Notes under the pieces: model-generated
Told to the model about the DNA's origin: nothing
The model's input: the letters and a program-made list of their open reading frames with translations, nothing else
Databases searched by the model: none
Position numbers and translations under genes: made by a program
DNA from: Ascoidea asiatica JCM 7603
Taxonomy: Eukaryota > Fungi > Ascomycota
Assembly (NCBI GenBank): GCA_001600695.1
Contig: BCKQ01000001.1
Location: 1,966,615 to 2,030,614, forward strand
DNA length: 64,000 nucleotides
Direction: 5' to 3'
Part shown: positions 1 to 12,785 of the stretch, in pieces
How the letters are laid out: each line of letters opens with the position of its first letter
How positions within the stretch are numbered: the stretch's first letter is position 1

Positions 1-2399
1 TAACAACCTCAACTTATTAATAAATATTATTTTTTTTATATTGAATTAAAAAAATCTGACTTTTGTAAGCAGTACTGATCGAACGGTTGATTTAACGAAG
101 AAGTCTTCCAGAAAGGTTTTTACTTTTTTAAATTCTAGGACATTAAACTATTGGGGATATAAGATTGTCAAAGTTATTTAATTATAAAACTTCGATTTTA
201 TTCTAGAGATTTAATAAAGGCGGTGTACTAACAGTTTGATCTTTGGGATTATATTATTTTTGAAGCACGAACTTTTTATTGCAATTTTTTTTTTTTAACC
301 TTTGTTGAATTTTAATATGAGTTATGAACAGTTTAGTGAATTGAACTATTCTTGATTCATAAGTATGCTGATTTTAATCATTACTAATGGGTTATGATGG
401 TCATTACTGGTGGTTGATTAAGGAGAAAACAAAATTGTTATTATTTTCAATGTTATTGTTATGCTGATTATATTGAAAGTCATTATTCCACTTCTTATTA
501 TTTTTAGCGAATGTTTTGAATATACCAATTTGACGAGACTGTTTGTGTTCTACTGGTTTGGTCTAATTAAATTTATTCAGATGACTTTGATTGGTGCTTT
601 TGATAGGTGAATTACTGGGAATGTGCTATATAATAATATAAGTTCTGGGTATGAGCTTTACCATAGTGAACCACGAGTGCTCAATAACAGGGTGACGTGT
701 TGGACATTGTATGCTAAAATAGATTTTATTGTAACGACCCCCAGACAGCTCTCAAGGAGAAATGTACTACGGTCAGTTTATTCCCTCGTAGAAACTAATC
801 TGCAAGGCTTGTGACTCATTTCCAGAGTTCCACCTCTGTGTTATTATGGGAGATAAAAATTGCTATCTGATTCTTATTGATAAACATTCTCTTCTTCCTT
901 ATTTTAAGACAACACAAGGACAGGAGTACGGTTGTTCTGGGGATACAATGTACATTTTTGGTATATATACTCAGCAAAAAAATATATATGATATTACTTA
1001 GTTAGGCAATTTAATTTATACAGCCAGCAATAATAAAAGTCAATAGGTGTATCGGAAGTTAATTTAAAAAAATACCAAGCAAATTTAATTAGGCAACTAC
1101 CTCTAACACGGTATCTTTGAAAAGAGATGAATTCGCACAAACATCCATAATGAATGACAAAATACCAAAAATGTTACGTTTTTTTTTTGTTGTTCCTTAA
1201 TCAGGCTCATGATAAAGAACAACGCTATGTATGTATTATTGTACAAGCACTAAAAATAATAAACTGCTCACTAAGCAGTATCGTTTCTCATTGGCCAGGT
1301 AAGATGCTATCGAAAACTTAAGTGCACTATGTCTTAGGAAGCAATGCAATTATTCCAACCTTTATTACCAGTCCCAACGGCATGCTAGGTCAGTCAGCAG
1401 GCTTGTCCTGTAATTTATACCCTAATATGATGTTCAAAGCAAGAAGGGGCAATCGATAACAAGTAATGCAGTGTCTTACTCTAAAAACGGATGCCGTTGT
1501 CAAACCTCCAGAGCACAACTTAACTCGACTCGTCTGTTTACAGAAACGTATGCAAAAAAGGGGGAGAAAATTGAAAAAAATTGTCTGTATTATAATTTAA
1601 ATGGATATACACAAAAAAATGAGTATATGGAAACACTTACAAATGCAAAGGTAAAGAGGAAACCTTTATTAAAAAGGAATACTTAAACATTTTTGGTTAT
1701 AAAACCTAAACTGTGTAGGTTAGGAATTTGTTCCATAAAGTAAAATTTCTTTGATTGAGAAAGGAAGGAAGCGTTGCTATTTTATGTAGTATCTCAGCAT
1801 GCTATGATTTAATGGTAAAACACAAATAAATAAATCAGACGTGTTATACGATATGAACAGTAGACCCGTATTTACATTTGTAGCCGCTACAGCCAAACAA
1901 ACAATAAAACGTAATATTATAAGAAAATAACGAACCTTAAATTAGAAGACAGCTTATTGTAATTTTGTTTTGAAAATAACCTGTTTTTATGGCCAGAAAA
2001 ACACGAGCACAAACGTTGCCGGGGTGCCAACAACAATCTCTTGACAATTAAAACAGGGCCGCCGGTAAGGCTTTCAAAGTTTCTGAACTCTGTGCGAGTT
2101 TTTTTAAACGGAATAAAATATATCTGTGTTACAAAGTATTGCGGTTGTGAACGGTGTGTTAAAACTCAAAATATTTACGGTCTTCGAAATTGTTATCAAA
2201 GCTATTAGAAAAAAGGTATTTAGCGATAAAATTGTTGATAATACTAATCACGAACATTTATAGAAATATCATGAGGAATAGAAAAGAATAATATATTCAA
2301 AAAAGAAGTCTAATTAAATAATGATGTACAAGAGCCATAAAACATTCAGATAATGGTAATATATATGACCAATAGATAATTCATTATATATTTACAAAA

Positions 2400-4560
2400 C
2401 CCCTCTTGAATTTTAAAAATTAAACATAATATATGTAAAAAACCGATCAAGTAATTTGACTAATCCAAATACAAATTTTATTTCAGATATATGACACAAG
2501 TAAGTATTACTGCTCGCATTGAAACTTTCAATTACAAATTCATTTGAAAACTGATTAAGTGGCTATGATAAATTTATTTTTAAAATCTTTAATTTATAAT
2601 AAACACAACCGGAGTATTGATAAAAATAATTTATTGGAATGCCATACAAATCGATGTTGTTTTTTTAACAATATAGCCTTCGGTTTTTCTTCATATCAGT
2701 TGCTATGTGAATAACACTATCAGGTGAACGACATTTTTTGTACAAATTGAATTCAGAAAATATATCCAGAAAAAATCTTGCGGACTTACTTGAAAACTCA
2801 CTTTTAATCTCCATGATCATTATTTCTCGATTGCCGTTTAATTTATCGTTGGATAATAATTAGAAGTTTCGTAATGGAATTATTGTTTTTTTAGAAAATG
2901 ATAGTTTCTGAGAGCCATAAAGTAAAGATAATGCTTTGTTCACCAAATTTGACTGGCTCTGCGAATTCTGTTTGATCATTTTGAACTAATGATTGGATCT
3001 TTCAAGAGCGTTAGTATTGTAGTTCACAGGATTCCCCGAAAATCTTATTCTTTCAACAATATGCTCCAATAAAATATGAACTGATAATGTTGAATAAGCT
3101 ATGCCTTTATCATTTTGACTTTTCTGGACCATGATACATTCTGCTTTGAGCTTTAATATTAAGAAAGTCAAGAACGACAAAGTTTCATTTGTATATTTTT
3201 TTTTCTGTCAAACAATATTTGACATATTAAGACGATGTAAATTACTTTGTTACACTGAATATTCACAACCTTTAAAATAGCAGGAAATATTGCTAATTTG
3301 TACTGAATTTCAATACTACTACCATATTTGAAAAAGTTTTTCAACTTACTGTAATCCAAGTTTTTACCATAGAATCCTTTAACAACTAGGATTTCGTTGA
3401 TAGAAGCTTGAAAATTTGGGTGCCGAAATTTTAACCTAGTTACCATATCCTTCCCTATATTACTGAGCAATAAATGAATTAACTCAACTGCAAAAGCTTG
3501 ACGTAATTGAAGGTTTGATAACGTTTTGAGTTTGCCCGTTTTGACCTTATCACAAAATTGGGAGGATAGCTCCAAACGATTTGTACGCTTTCCACCAACA
3601 ACTTCTCCAAAGGATCTTTTCATCAAACATAAAGGACTTGGTATGTTGAACCATCTGAATCAGTACCAAAAGTTGAATTTACTTCAGGAAAATCACCTGA
3701 GAAGTGAAGGACAACTAAAGAATAATTTTGTTCCAAAACAATAAATTTTTCTAAAGTTTCTAGCTGCTGATGAGCACGCATCTTTACTTGATCTTTCAAA
3801 ATAATTGGTTGGGCTGACACTATATGATCGGCTAATGCTTCATTATAAAATTCATTTTTCAAATCGGGAGCTCTAAGTCGGATTTGGTGCTTTCTCCAAA
3901 TTTTTCATTACTGAAGTTGTTCAAACTTACGTAATGAGCTTCATATACAACAACAATACATTTATTACCAGTTTTACCATTATTGTAATCATTATAAATG
4001 GTAACAAGCATAATTGAATAACTCATCTTTGAGATAGTCCATATATTCTTTTTCAATTAAGATTTCCACCCATCTTCTGATTGGAAAATAAGCTAGATAG
4101 TTGTAATTCTGTTGATCAACTATATCTTCATTCTTCATTTTTGCGCTCACCGCCTCAACATAAATTAAAAATCGTAATATATACTTTTTCAAGAGTTGTC
4201 CTACTAGCAAACTCCATGTTTTACAACTAAAGTATAATGACGTTTTCATTAATATTGTCCGCTCTTCCAATAACAAGTTATCGTTCGATTTAAATGCTTG
4301 GTCTTTGAGCATATCCTAAAAATGGTCATATATCGCAAACTTGGCGTTATAATTTCGAATTAAACAACTCACACTTGTGTCGAAAATCATATGTTTGTTG
4401 AAATTAATGTCAAAATATACATCCTTTTCCATATTGCTAAAATTAAATGTAGTCGAGAGTGTCTGCCATTTATATCCCTTTAATACCAATTTTTTTGCTT
4501 TTTGTCGTAAAGCAATTTAACAGGTAATGGAGGCACGTGAGAACCAAACTTTGTAGGTAT
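2400..4560 (-). mobile_element. Degenerate CMC-superfamily (CACTA/EnSpm/Plavaka-like) DNA transposase relic, multiple stops and frameshifts
   Basis: Consecutive minus-strand fragments (3992-4312, 3859-4056, 3623-3862, 3168-3626, 2986-3180) carry motifs in Tnp2 order: YFPIRRW (cf. YFPI..RL), AVELIHLLLSNIGK (cf. D.MH.l..gi.k), VHILLEHIVERIRFSGNPVNYNTNALERSNH*FKMIKQNS (cf. H.l.H....I...G....y.t..fER.n..lk). Boundaries are approximate; no TIRs found. Confidence 0.6.
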
Positions 4561-5802
4561 TCAGAATTTGGCTACAAAAATTAAACGGGATCTTATAAAA
4601 ACCAAGTGCTCTTTTTACTAAAGTAAGCTACTTGACTGAACAATATTACCACCTCCCTACTTACTGCGGGATTAATGCTACAACTTATTTTTATTAAATA
4701 TTTTCAATTTTTTCTACACAGGTATATACGTGCTCTTAAAGCCCACGATTGGTTTACAAAAAAACACAAAAATTGGGATTAAAGGGGTAGGCCCCTTAAT
4801 GATAGTGCTACGATATTAACCAATTCTCTTGAACAGGATAATGACATTGATTCTGCATCGGAATGAGCTGCGTATGTGACATCAAAATTTTAGCTCAGAT
4901 CTATATTGATGACATTCTGTATCGGCATTAATTGGCTGACGTCTGGGGAATCTTCATTAATGTTCATTACTAACGCACTATAATTGTTAAAGCAGTGATT
5001 TCTGGACTGGTCTAAAACTTGAGAATCAGACCCATCACTTATAAAGATTTTTTTTCTTTTTGATTTTAGTGGAATCAGGCCTGAGAGACGTAATACAAAC
5101 TGCCTCAGAGGTGTATAAGATGATATTACGAATCGACCTACATCAACGTTTCCTAAATTAATCGAGAACCATTCGACACTGCTTGATGAGCTTGTTATTG
5201 AATTTATTTCAATTTTACATTCGTTATCAGCGTTGATTTTAGATATTGCTCGATGCTTTCAATTGATGAAGTCAATTTAGAAGATTTCCCTTTTGATTCT
5301 TTTAGGAAATAAAAATGATTTTTATTTATCACATTTTCATTAAAGTGCTTGGTTGTAGCAATAGTGAAGTTGATTATTGTTAAGAAATGAAATTAATAAC
5401 TGGAAATAAAATATTAATTCTATAGTTATTATTTGGTTTCAGAGTCGATAAACTCTTTTTCGATTTTTTGAAATTATTATGGACTATTTCAACTGTAAAT
5501 ATACATGTTCAATGTCCAACATATATATATGTAGTAAGGTGTAGCCCACCTTACAATAGCAAGTTGGGTATTCCTAAAATATTTTTGTCAAACTTTTTAT
5601 CAGACTTTTTTTTTAACATATTCATTTTCAAAACACTACTATGAGGTAACATGGAAACTGTCTAGTAGGACTTTTTTGTTTACCTTTTACTTTTCAAATT
5701 ATTTCTACCTAAAATATTTTTAAATTAATTTTTTTCTTTTTTTTTCTTTTTTATCAGAATTTTTTTAGACTTTTACAAATTATCTACTCGTAACCCTGGT
5801 TC

Positions 5803-6010
5803 ACATTGGTATCAAATTCTTTAACATTTCTAACAAATACTTTAATATTAGTATCAAACTGTTTTTATATGAATATAAGAAAGTTAACAATGGTATGAAA
5901 ATCTATAACATTGGTATCAAATACTTTAACATTGGTATCGATTTGTTTTTATATATGTATCAGAAATTTTCAATTGGTATCACAAACCTAATTCTAGTAT
6001 CAAAAAACTA
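5803..6010 (+). repeat. Degenerate ~21-bp tandem array, ~10 units, core ACATTGGTATCA
   Basis: Units such as acattggtatcaaattcttta / acatttctaacaaatacttta / acaatggtatgaaaatctata / acattggtatcaaatacttta / acattggtatcgatttgttttt / caattggtatcacaaaccta. Confidence 0.75.
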
Positions 6011-6139
6011 TCATATTACATTGTCCCATAAACATGGTCACAATTTGGTTTGATCAAATTTTTCCTCTATTTAAGCTACAATATTTCTTTTTCTTCTCTT
6101 CAAACATAATTTATTTTCGACATCAAATCAATTTACAAT

Positions 6140-7300
6140 ATGACTTCATTATCTACATCAGTCTCAGGAACACTTAGCAAATTCAACCATAATGTTAAAC
6201 TATATAAGTTGCCTATTCTTGAATACTATTTCCTTAACAATAAAACATTTTTTTTTATTGACTTGGTATCAGACAATCAAGTTCATATTAAATCGGCAAG
6301 GGTTATATCCGAAATCATGATGATCAGTGCAAATCATTTCCCAATATTACTATATTTTGCAAAAGCTGATTTTTTCTTTTCATACATTAATAATAAACTT
6401 TATTATCTAGGTACAAGCACCCCGCTTTTAATATCTGCCCTCAATGTTGTGAAAAAGATATTCCCTTATGTTATGGCAGAGGCTATCATATATCCGTTTT
6501 TCTTTAACGCCACAAAAAATGAGCCTTTTTCAAAATATTCTTCGTCTGCTCAATATATTATTATTGTACATTCCATTGTGTTTGGGGAAAAGGCTAGATG
6601 TATCTGTTATGAACACGATATCTCCCAAATAATTTGTGAACTAGTATTACATCCCCTCAAAGACTCCACGGAAAATCGTTACTTAATTGAGGATGTTATG
6701 CAACATCAGGTGACTATTACCAGTATGCAGCAAGCCATTGAGAATATTAAGGTTCTTCTTGAAAAAGGTGTGACAGCGGAATTCTTCAACAAAATACTTT
6801 CAGCCAATCCAACTCAATTAAACGGCTAAACAAAATTACAAAAATTCCGTTTTTATTTACATCCGGATGGTACCGCCCGTTATCACACGGTTAATAAGGA
6901 TATTGGAAAATTGGTAATTAATTCAGAAACCTATAACCAATCCGTTCTACGTCTAATGGAAGTTGACCCTAATAAAAATACCATCCCTAAGGATCGTCTC
7001 TGGCGTATTATGAAACGTAAGTATTTTAATTTTACAAAATCTGTGGTCGATTGTTTATCTCCTAAACCGTGAGATGGGTTCCACTGAGATTTTTACAAAA
7101 ATTCCGAAATTTTCGTTCTCTTATTGATGTGTTGTAAACATGCCAAGCTTTTGTAGAAATAGAACAGATCAATAACGCATCAGCCTAAAACATTCCTGAA
7201 TAGAATTCAACTCGCCACATAGAATTTACTTGCCACACAATCTGTCACACGACTTACTTAAAATTTACACCTAAAAAAATTTCGAATATTTTTCAAAGCT
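6140..7300 (+). pseudogene. Orphan gene of unknown function, decayed and probably interrupted by the Ty3 insertion
   Basis: 229-aa ORF 6140-6829. The frame stays open past the TAA for ~80 codons (TKLQKFRFYLHPDG...KDRLWRIMKRKYFNFTKSVVDCL). Removing the Ty3 element and one TSD copy joins FEYFSK to LHLFERSHEF...EEIYRI* (ends ~14378). Confidence 0.45.
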
Positions 7301-7447
7301 TGTAAGATTTATCCCATTTATATAAATCACTAATCCCTTAATTATTAGAATTAACATTAATTCTAATAATTAAGCAATTCGAAATATATACCTTCAATAA
7401 ATAGTTTAACGATATTAAATATCATCTAGATAGGCCTATCCATTACA
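7301..7447 (+). repeat. 5' LTR (147 bp, TG...CA, 52 bp shorter than the 3' LTR)
   Basis: TGTAAGATTT...CCATTACA; ~90% identical to the 3' LTR (about 14 mismatches in 147 aligned bases, hand count). Confidence 0.93.
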
Positions 7448-7449
7448 CT

Positions 7450-7460
7450 TGGTAGCGCCG
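7450..7460 (+). promoter_or_regulatory. Primer-binding site for initiator tRNA-Met
   Basis: TGGTAGCGCCG begins 2 nt after the 5' LTR and is complementary to the 3' end of yeast tRNAiMet, as in Ty1/Ty3. Confidence 0.93.
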
Positions 7461-7935
7461 CAGCTCAAATATAGCATTCAAAAGAACTCAACACCTCAAA
7501 TATTAATTAAAATAGAAAGACAAATGTTACAAAATTTTAGTAGAAATTTATAAAAATTTTGGAAGAAAAATATTAGAAAAATATTTTTAGAAAATTAAGA
7601 AACTGTTTAGCATAACCAACAGTCATATAATACTATCAATCAATTAGATATCAGCAATTAGAAATTAAAAATTAGAAATTAGAAACTATAAACCAGAAAT
7701 TAGAAATAAAAAATTAAATATTCAAAACTAGAATTTAGAGATTAAATACGAGAAATAAAGAAATAAACATTAAAGATTAAATATTTAATATTAACTATTT
7801 AAAGTCATAAATTAGCACACTATAAAATAACTAAAATTTAGAACATTGAAATTACAAATTTATAAGTATGGAACAAAAAAATTAAATTAAAAATAAACAT
7901 CTAATTAAAAACACATTATCGTTTTAAAAGTAAAA

Positions 7936-10900
7936 ATGTATACCCCAGAAAATCAAGAAACTTTATCTGAACAAATGTCCAGAATAATTCAAATGTATCA
8001 ACAACAACAAGAAAAGATTATTCTATTAGAGCATGAATTAACTCAAAATCAAATAAATACACTTAAAGAAAATAATAAAACAGAAATATCAGAATTAACA
8101 TCAATTGTTAAAATTTTAGCATTAGCAACTAGTACTCCTTATAAAGGATTAAAACATCCATCCCCAGATTCATTTAGACCATCACCTAGTACTGATTATC
8201 CAGATATGATGGCTGATAAACCAATTTGATGGTTAGAAAATTATGAAGAAATTTGTAATTTATATTATATCCCAGAAACTGAAAGAATTACCAGTATAAA
8301 ATTTTATTTAAAAGATTCATCACTTATTTGGTATAATACTTTAACTTTAAACTTCTAATCGTGGTCAGAAATTAAAGAACTTTTTAAAAGTCGATTCACA
8401 CCTCCAGGATATAGAGAAAGATTAATTAGAACATATTATGATTTAAAACAAATGAATTCTGTTTATTCATTCAATCAAGAATTCCAAAAAATAGTTAGAA
8501 GACTTCCAGAATCTCCACAACAAGAATCAGCAGTAAAATAACAATATTTTTATGCATTAAAAGATCAAGTTCAATTACATATTAAAACAACTACTTCATT
8601 AGAATCAAAAAGTATTTCAGAATTCATGATCATTGCATCAGATTATGATTCAGCATTGTATAATAAAAATTCAAATTATAATAATCGTGACTTTAATAAT
8701 AGGAATGGAAATAATCAAAATAACAGAAATTCAAATAATAATAGTAGTAATAGTTTATCAAATAATAGAGGAAATTACATTAATAACAATAGAAACAACA
8801 ATAGAGGAAATTTTTATAATAATCATAATTATAAAGGAAATAATTATAGAGGAAATCACTACAGAGGAAATTACAATAATTTCAATAGAAATTAAAATCA
8901 AAATAATAATAATAACAATAATTACAATTATTTAAATTCAAATTCATATGAACCAATTGAAATAGATCACTCAGGAGTATCAAAAACAGAAGAAAAATCA
9001 ATTTCAGCAAATTCAATTCAATTCCCAAAATATACCTTACAAAGAGATAATAATTCAAATGAAATTTATTGGAATCATACAGAAATCAAAAAAAAAGAAA
9101 ATTCATTTTTACCAATCAAACCATTATTTATATTAGAACATAAAATCAATAATTCAAATTTAAAAATAAAAGCATTAATAGATTCAGGATGCACATCAAA
9201 TTTAATTTCATCAAATATAGTAAAATTTTTAAATTTAGAAACAATTCCAATATCTACAGTAAAAGTTACAAATGAAATTTTAGATCAAAACTGAAATAAA
9301 CCAATTTCAAACTTAACATCATTCAATATTTCATATTTTAATCAAAAATTAGAAACAATTAGATCATTCATCATTGATATGAAAAAATATGACTTAGTTT
9401 TAGGTACTCCCTTTTTAAACAATAAAAATGTAGATTTTCAAAATCATATAATTAATGAAAAATTAAATTCAAAAAATTTAACATATTCAAATTATAAATC
9501 TCAAAATTTAAAAAATTCAATCGAAAATTCAAAAAGCTCAGATAATTTAACTCAAAATATGGAAAATTCAATTCAAAATTCAAATTATTCATCAAATTAT
9601 TCATCGTCGCAAATAGAATTTAATGATATTGAATTAGAATCACCTAATTGCCTTTTGAATTCAGAAATTAAAGAAAAATCAGAAATTCAATCAATTATCA
9701 AAGTTAATTATATATTTACATCAAATTTCAAAGAAGAGGATAAAGAAGTTAAAAATTCATCATTTATTCCTCAAATTTTAAAAGATAATCAAGGAATATT
9801 TGAAGATTCAACATACTTACCACCAAAAACAAAAGATTATGATATAAAATTAGAACTTCTACCAGGAGAAGAATCAAATCCAAAAAATACATTAGGAAGA
9901 CCTTATAAATTATCATTTTTTGAAACTCAAGAATTAAAAAGTCAAATTAAGCAATCATTAAATGAAGAAAAAATTTTATATTGCAAAAGAAGGAGAATCT
10001 CAATTTTTAACTCCAGTTTTTTTAATAAAGAAAAAACATATATCAAAATATCGTTTGGTAGCAGATTATAGAAGATTAAACAAAGTTATCAAAAGTAATT
10101 ATTTTTTTCCATTACCTTATATTGATAGTTCATTAGAAAATTTATTCAATGCAAAATTTTATTCAGCAATAGATTTAATTTCAGGTTATAATCAATTAAG
10201 ATTAACTGAAGAAAGTGAAAAATTAACTACAATCACAACTCTCTTTGGAAATTACAATTATAAAGTTGCTCCATTTGGAATCAAAATTTTACCTTCAAAT
10301 TTCATAAATTCATTTATTCAATTTTTAACCATCTTTATTTAAATGGTGAAATCGTTTATTTAGATGATATCCTAGTTTATTCATCAGATATAAATTCACA
10401 TTCCATTTTATTACAAAAAGTTTTCAATATATTAAAAGATAATGAATTAGTTATCAATAAAGAAAAATCAAAGTTTTTTGTTCAAGAATTAAGGCTTTTA
10501 AAATTTAAAATTAAAAATAACTCAATAGCACCTTCAAATCATGTAAAATTAAAAAATTATAAATTAGATTCAATCAAATATTTACATAGTTTATATGGTT
10601 TTATCAATTATTACAGAAATTTAATTCCAGATGTGCAAAGAAAACATCTCAACTAATTAAAGCAATCAATAAAAAAATTCCATTAGATCATCAAATTATT
10701 ACATCATGCAAGCAATTAAAACAAGAAATTTTATCAACGCCATTCTTCAGAATTCCAAAACCTTCATCATCGTTCAGACTAACAACAGATGCAAGTGAAA
10801 TTGAAATAGGAGGAGTTTTGGAAGAATTAGAAAAAAATAAAAATTTAAATTCAAAACCACTAACAAATGAAAATTCAGAAAAAATCAAGAAAATTAAACC

Positions 10901-12785
10901 CTCATATCTACCAGTAAAATATTTTTCAAGAACTTTAAAAAATGCAGAAAAGAATTATCTAATTAGAGAAAAAGAGTTTTTAGCAATTAACGAATCATTG
11001 AAGTCTTTTCGTCTTTATTTAAATGGCAAAAGATTTCAAATAATTACAGATCATGAAAGTTTAAAATCAATCATCAATCCAAAAAATCAATTAAAAGGAA
11101 GAATTAATAGATGGATTAACTGAATTCGAGTGTGAAATCATCTATAGAGGAATTAATAATGGTGCAGCAGACTTTTTATCAAGAATAGAATTAAATCATC
11201 TTTCAATATTATTAAATGAAACAGAAATAGAAATTACAAGAAATTCAATTTTAGAATCAATTTCAGATCATTATTCAACAGATCTTTACTTTTCAGAAAT
11301 TTATAAATATTTAAAAGAAAATAATCCAAATTCAGAATCATATAATAAAGAAAAACAATTCATTATTTCAAATAAATTCAAATTTGGCATAAAAGATTTC
11401 AACTTAGAAAATAATAATCTATATTATAATAATACTAATAATTCAGAAAATTTTAGAATTTGTGTTACAGAAAAATCATCATTTCAAGTTTTATCACATT
11501 TTCACTCAAATCATGGTCATCCAGGAATTTTCGGAACTTATATTCGCATCAATGGATCATTTTATATCCCTAAGTTAAAAGAAAAAATTAAAAAATATAT
11601 TCAATTTTGCTATCAATGTCAAAAGAATAAAGATTCAAATTTAAAAAATGGTATTTTAATATCAATTAATGCAGCACCAAAAAAATTCGAAGTAATTACC
11701 ATGGATTTCCTTACTATTTCAAAATCATCAAAAGAATCAGGTTCAAAAGATTCAATTTGGGTAATAGTCGATAAATTAACAAAAAGAACAAGATTATCTT
11801 AGTTACTAAAACAATCACAGCAGATGAAGTAGCAAAATTATTTATTTCAAATTACTTACCAATTCATGGTTTACGAAGAAAAATAATTTCAGATAGAGAT
11901 AGATTATTCATATCTTCATTTTGGAAAACAATTGTGAATCATTTCAAAGATAAAATATCAATGTAAACAACTAATCATCCAGGAACTGATGGATGATCAG
12001 AAATGACTAATATATTAATTAGAAATCAAATTAGAAATTTATCATCATTCGATTTAAATAATTGGCCTTTTTCTTTAGGTATTTTAGAATATTATATCAA
12101 TTCACAAATAGTAGAATCTACAGGTTTAACCAGATATGAAATGGATTGAGGTTTTAATCCAACATTATTAATAGAAGAATCAAGTTTATCAAATATTAAT
12201 GCATTAGCAACAGCTTTTGCAGAAAATCAAAAAGAATTTTTAAAATATATTCAAAATGAAGTTACAGATTATCAATTAAATTAACAAAAATTTTATAATA
12301 AGAATCATAAAAAAGGAACATTTAACATTGGACAATTTGTATTAATTCTTAAAAACGCATTTACCAATTATAGTAATAAAGATCAATCAATTTTTAAAGG
12401 CCCTTTCAAAGTAATTAAAAAATATAATGATAATTCATATAAATTAGAATTACCAATTGGATTAGAAAAAATTCATCAAGCTTTCAATATCATTTACTTA
12501 AAAGATTATCATTTTTCACAATTTCCAAAAAAAGCACCATCAAATTTTATTCAACAAAAACTAAGAGCAAATGAAATAAATCAAATATTAGAAATGCAAA
12601 CCTATCATAATAGTACTAAAACATATGAAGTTAATTATAAAGACTGTAATCCCAAAACTACAGTAATCATAACTGAACAAATGTTCAAATGTATTCCAGT
12701 AAAATTTCAACAATCATTATTACAAAACTTTAAAGATTTAAATCAATTTTCAGAAGAGGGAGGAAGGAATTAATAATATCATTTA
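7936..12785 (+). pseudogene. Ty3/gypsy gag-pol polyprotein, disrupted
   Basis: Gag from 7936, EPIEID ~8950, protease ALIDSGCTSN ~9172-9201, RT VYLDDILVYS ~10354-10383, RNase H TTDASEIEIGGVL / EKEFLAI / TDHESL, integrase HSNHGHPG..CYQC, ITMDFL, ISDRD, HPGTDG*SE, GPF motif FKGPFKV. Many in-frame stops and frameshifts. Confidence 0.93.

Noticed and set aside
1-710. Minus-strand Asn/Gln-rich coding-like remnant
   Set aside because: Too many stops, no identifiable family, and cut by the window edge.
5534-5554. Hairpin GTAAGGTG-tagcc-CACCTTAC as a Helitron 3' end
   Set aside because: No properly placed CTRR terminus and no Rep/helicase remnant seen.
1248-5640. CACTA/TAGTG words as TIRs of the CMC relic (1248, 1325, 4803, 5067, 5634)
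   Set aside because: Matches extend only 6-8 bp and no pair has a matching 3-bp TSD.
5803-6010. CRISPR-like array or multiple primer-binding sites
   Set aside because: Eukaryotic context, spacers only ~9 nt and related to each other, no adjacent LTR.
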